In this document: one piece after another, positions 63,423 to 64,000 of the stretch
Position numbering within the stretch: the stretch's first letter is position 1
How the letters are laid out: each line of letters opens with the position of its first letter
DNA from: a virus
Lineage: Duplodnaviria > Caudoviricetes
Length of the DNA: 64,000 nucleotides
IMG/VR virus record: IMGVR_UViG_3300020213_000034
Coordinates: 611-64,610 of that record
Direction: 5' to 3' (one strand)
The notes under the pieces: generated by a model
The model's database searches: none
Told to the model about the DNA's origin: nothing
What the model saw: only the letters and a program-made list of their open reading frames with translations
Translations under genes and position numbers: made by a program

Positions 63423-63698
63423 TTAAGCGCCGCGCGTGGCGGCGTAGTATTTGGCGGCGGCGACGGTGAGTTTGGCGCGGCATTCGGCGAGGTGGGGGGC
63501 GATGGCGGCAAGAAACTTGGCTTCCGCTGCGTCGTATTTGGCGCTGGCGGCGGCCTTGGCGGCGTCGGATTTGGCGAGGTGGGGGGCAATGGCGGCCCGA
63601 TACTTATCGCGCGCTGCGTCGCAATCGGCGAAATGTGCGGCGCGCGCGGCGGCGCGGGCGGCGCGCCGGGGATTTATGGGGTAGATCATGGGTTTCAT
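63423..63698 (-). CDS. Ala-rich helical repeat protein, paralogue 2
   Basis: tandem duplicate of 63114-63419. Confidence 0.7.
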   Translation of the reverse strand: MKPMIYPINPRRAARAAARAAHFADCDAARDKYRAAIAPHLAKSDAAKAAASAKYDAAEAKFLAAIAPHLAECRAKLTVAAAKYYAATRGA

Positions 63699-63701
63699 GG
63701 G

Positions 63702-64000
63702 TTAAGCGTCGAGCGCGGCGAGGGCGGCGCGGTAGGCGTCGATGTGCGGCACTCGCGCGAGGTCGTGCGTTACGTCCGCAGCCAAAATCTTGGCGTTCGC
63801 TGCGGCGCGGGTGGCGTCGCGTGCGGCGTCGAGGGGGGCGCAGGCGGCGTCGTATTTGCTGCTGGCGGCTTCGATGGCGGCGGCGCGTTTGGCGCGGGCT
63901 TCGGCGGCGTTGATGGCGGCGTGCGCGGCGTCGAGGGCGGCGTGCGCGGCGTACGCGGCGTCGAGGGCGGCGTGCGCGGCGGCGTGCGCGGCGTACGCCG
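63702..64000 (-). CDS. Ala-rich repeat protein, truncated by window edge
   Basis: open frame ...AAHAALDAAYAAHAALDAA...ALDA-TAA. Confidence 0.6.
   Translation of the reverse strand, partial: AYAAHAAAHAALDAAYAAHAALDAAHAAINAAEARAKRAAAIEAASSKYDAACAPLDAARDATRAAANAKILAADVTHDLARVPHIDAYRAALAALDA

Noticed and set aside
1-64000. Prophage integrase, att sites or a firm host assignment
   Set aside because: No recombinase or host genes are visible; SD-less A/C-rich starts and TTGAC promoters are suggestive only and cannot identify the host.

Overview
The window is most of a tailed dsDNA bacteriophage genome with podovirus-like organisation. No integrase or host housekeeping genes are visible, and the two ends look like parts of one minus-strand early region, so the genome is probably circularly permuted and somewhat longer than 64 kb. 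1-9.2 kb (minus): small early/accessory genes, many separated by intact or decayed integron attC-like sites, plus a DNA cytosine methyltransferase, a DUF5664-like dNTP diphosphohydrolase, an FkbM methyltransferase and a metallophosphoesterase; RNase HI follows at 9.7-10.1 kb. 10.2-15.0 kb (plus): an array of 38 CCA-encoding tRNA genes covering all 20 amino acids, many with non-canonical structures. It is interleaved with several structured non-tRNA RNAs, most notably a ~222-nt RNase P RNA with an intact bacterial-type catalytic domain and almost no specificity domain, a circularly permuted tRNA-like RNA, and an unknown ~235-nt multi-helix RNA. 15-43.7 kb: HNH, replication initiator and DnaC-like loader, portal, collagen-like fibre, GT4, scaffold, major capsid, lysis, adaptor/nozzle, fibres and ejection proteins. 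43.7-56.4 kb: recombination and nucleic-acid genes, a glycan-synthesis set (GT9-like, Stealth-like, GMD-like, sugar C-methyltransferase) and terminase. 56.6-64 kb (minus): early genes separated by hairpins, ending in Ala-rich paralogues. All calls come from reading motifs and base-pairing by eye; no database searches were run.
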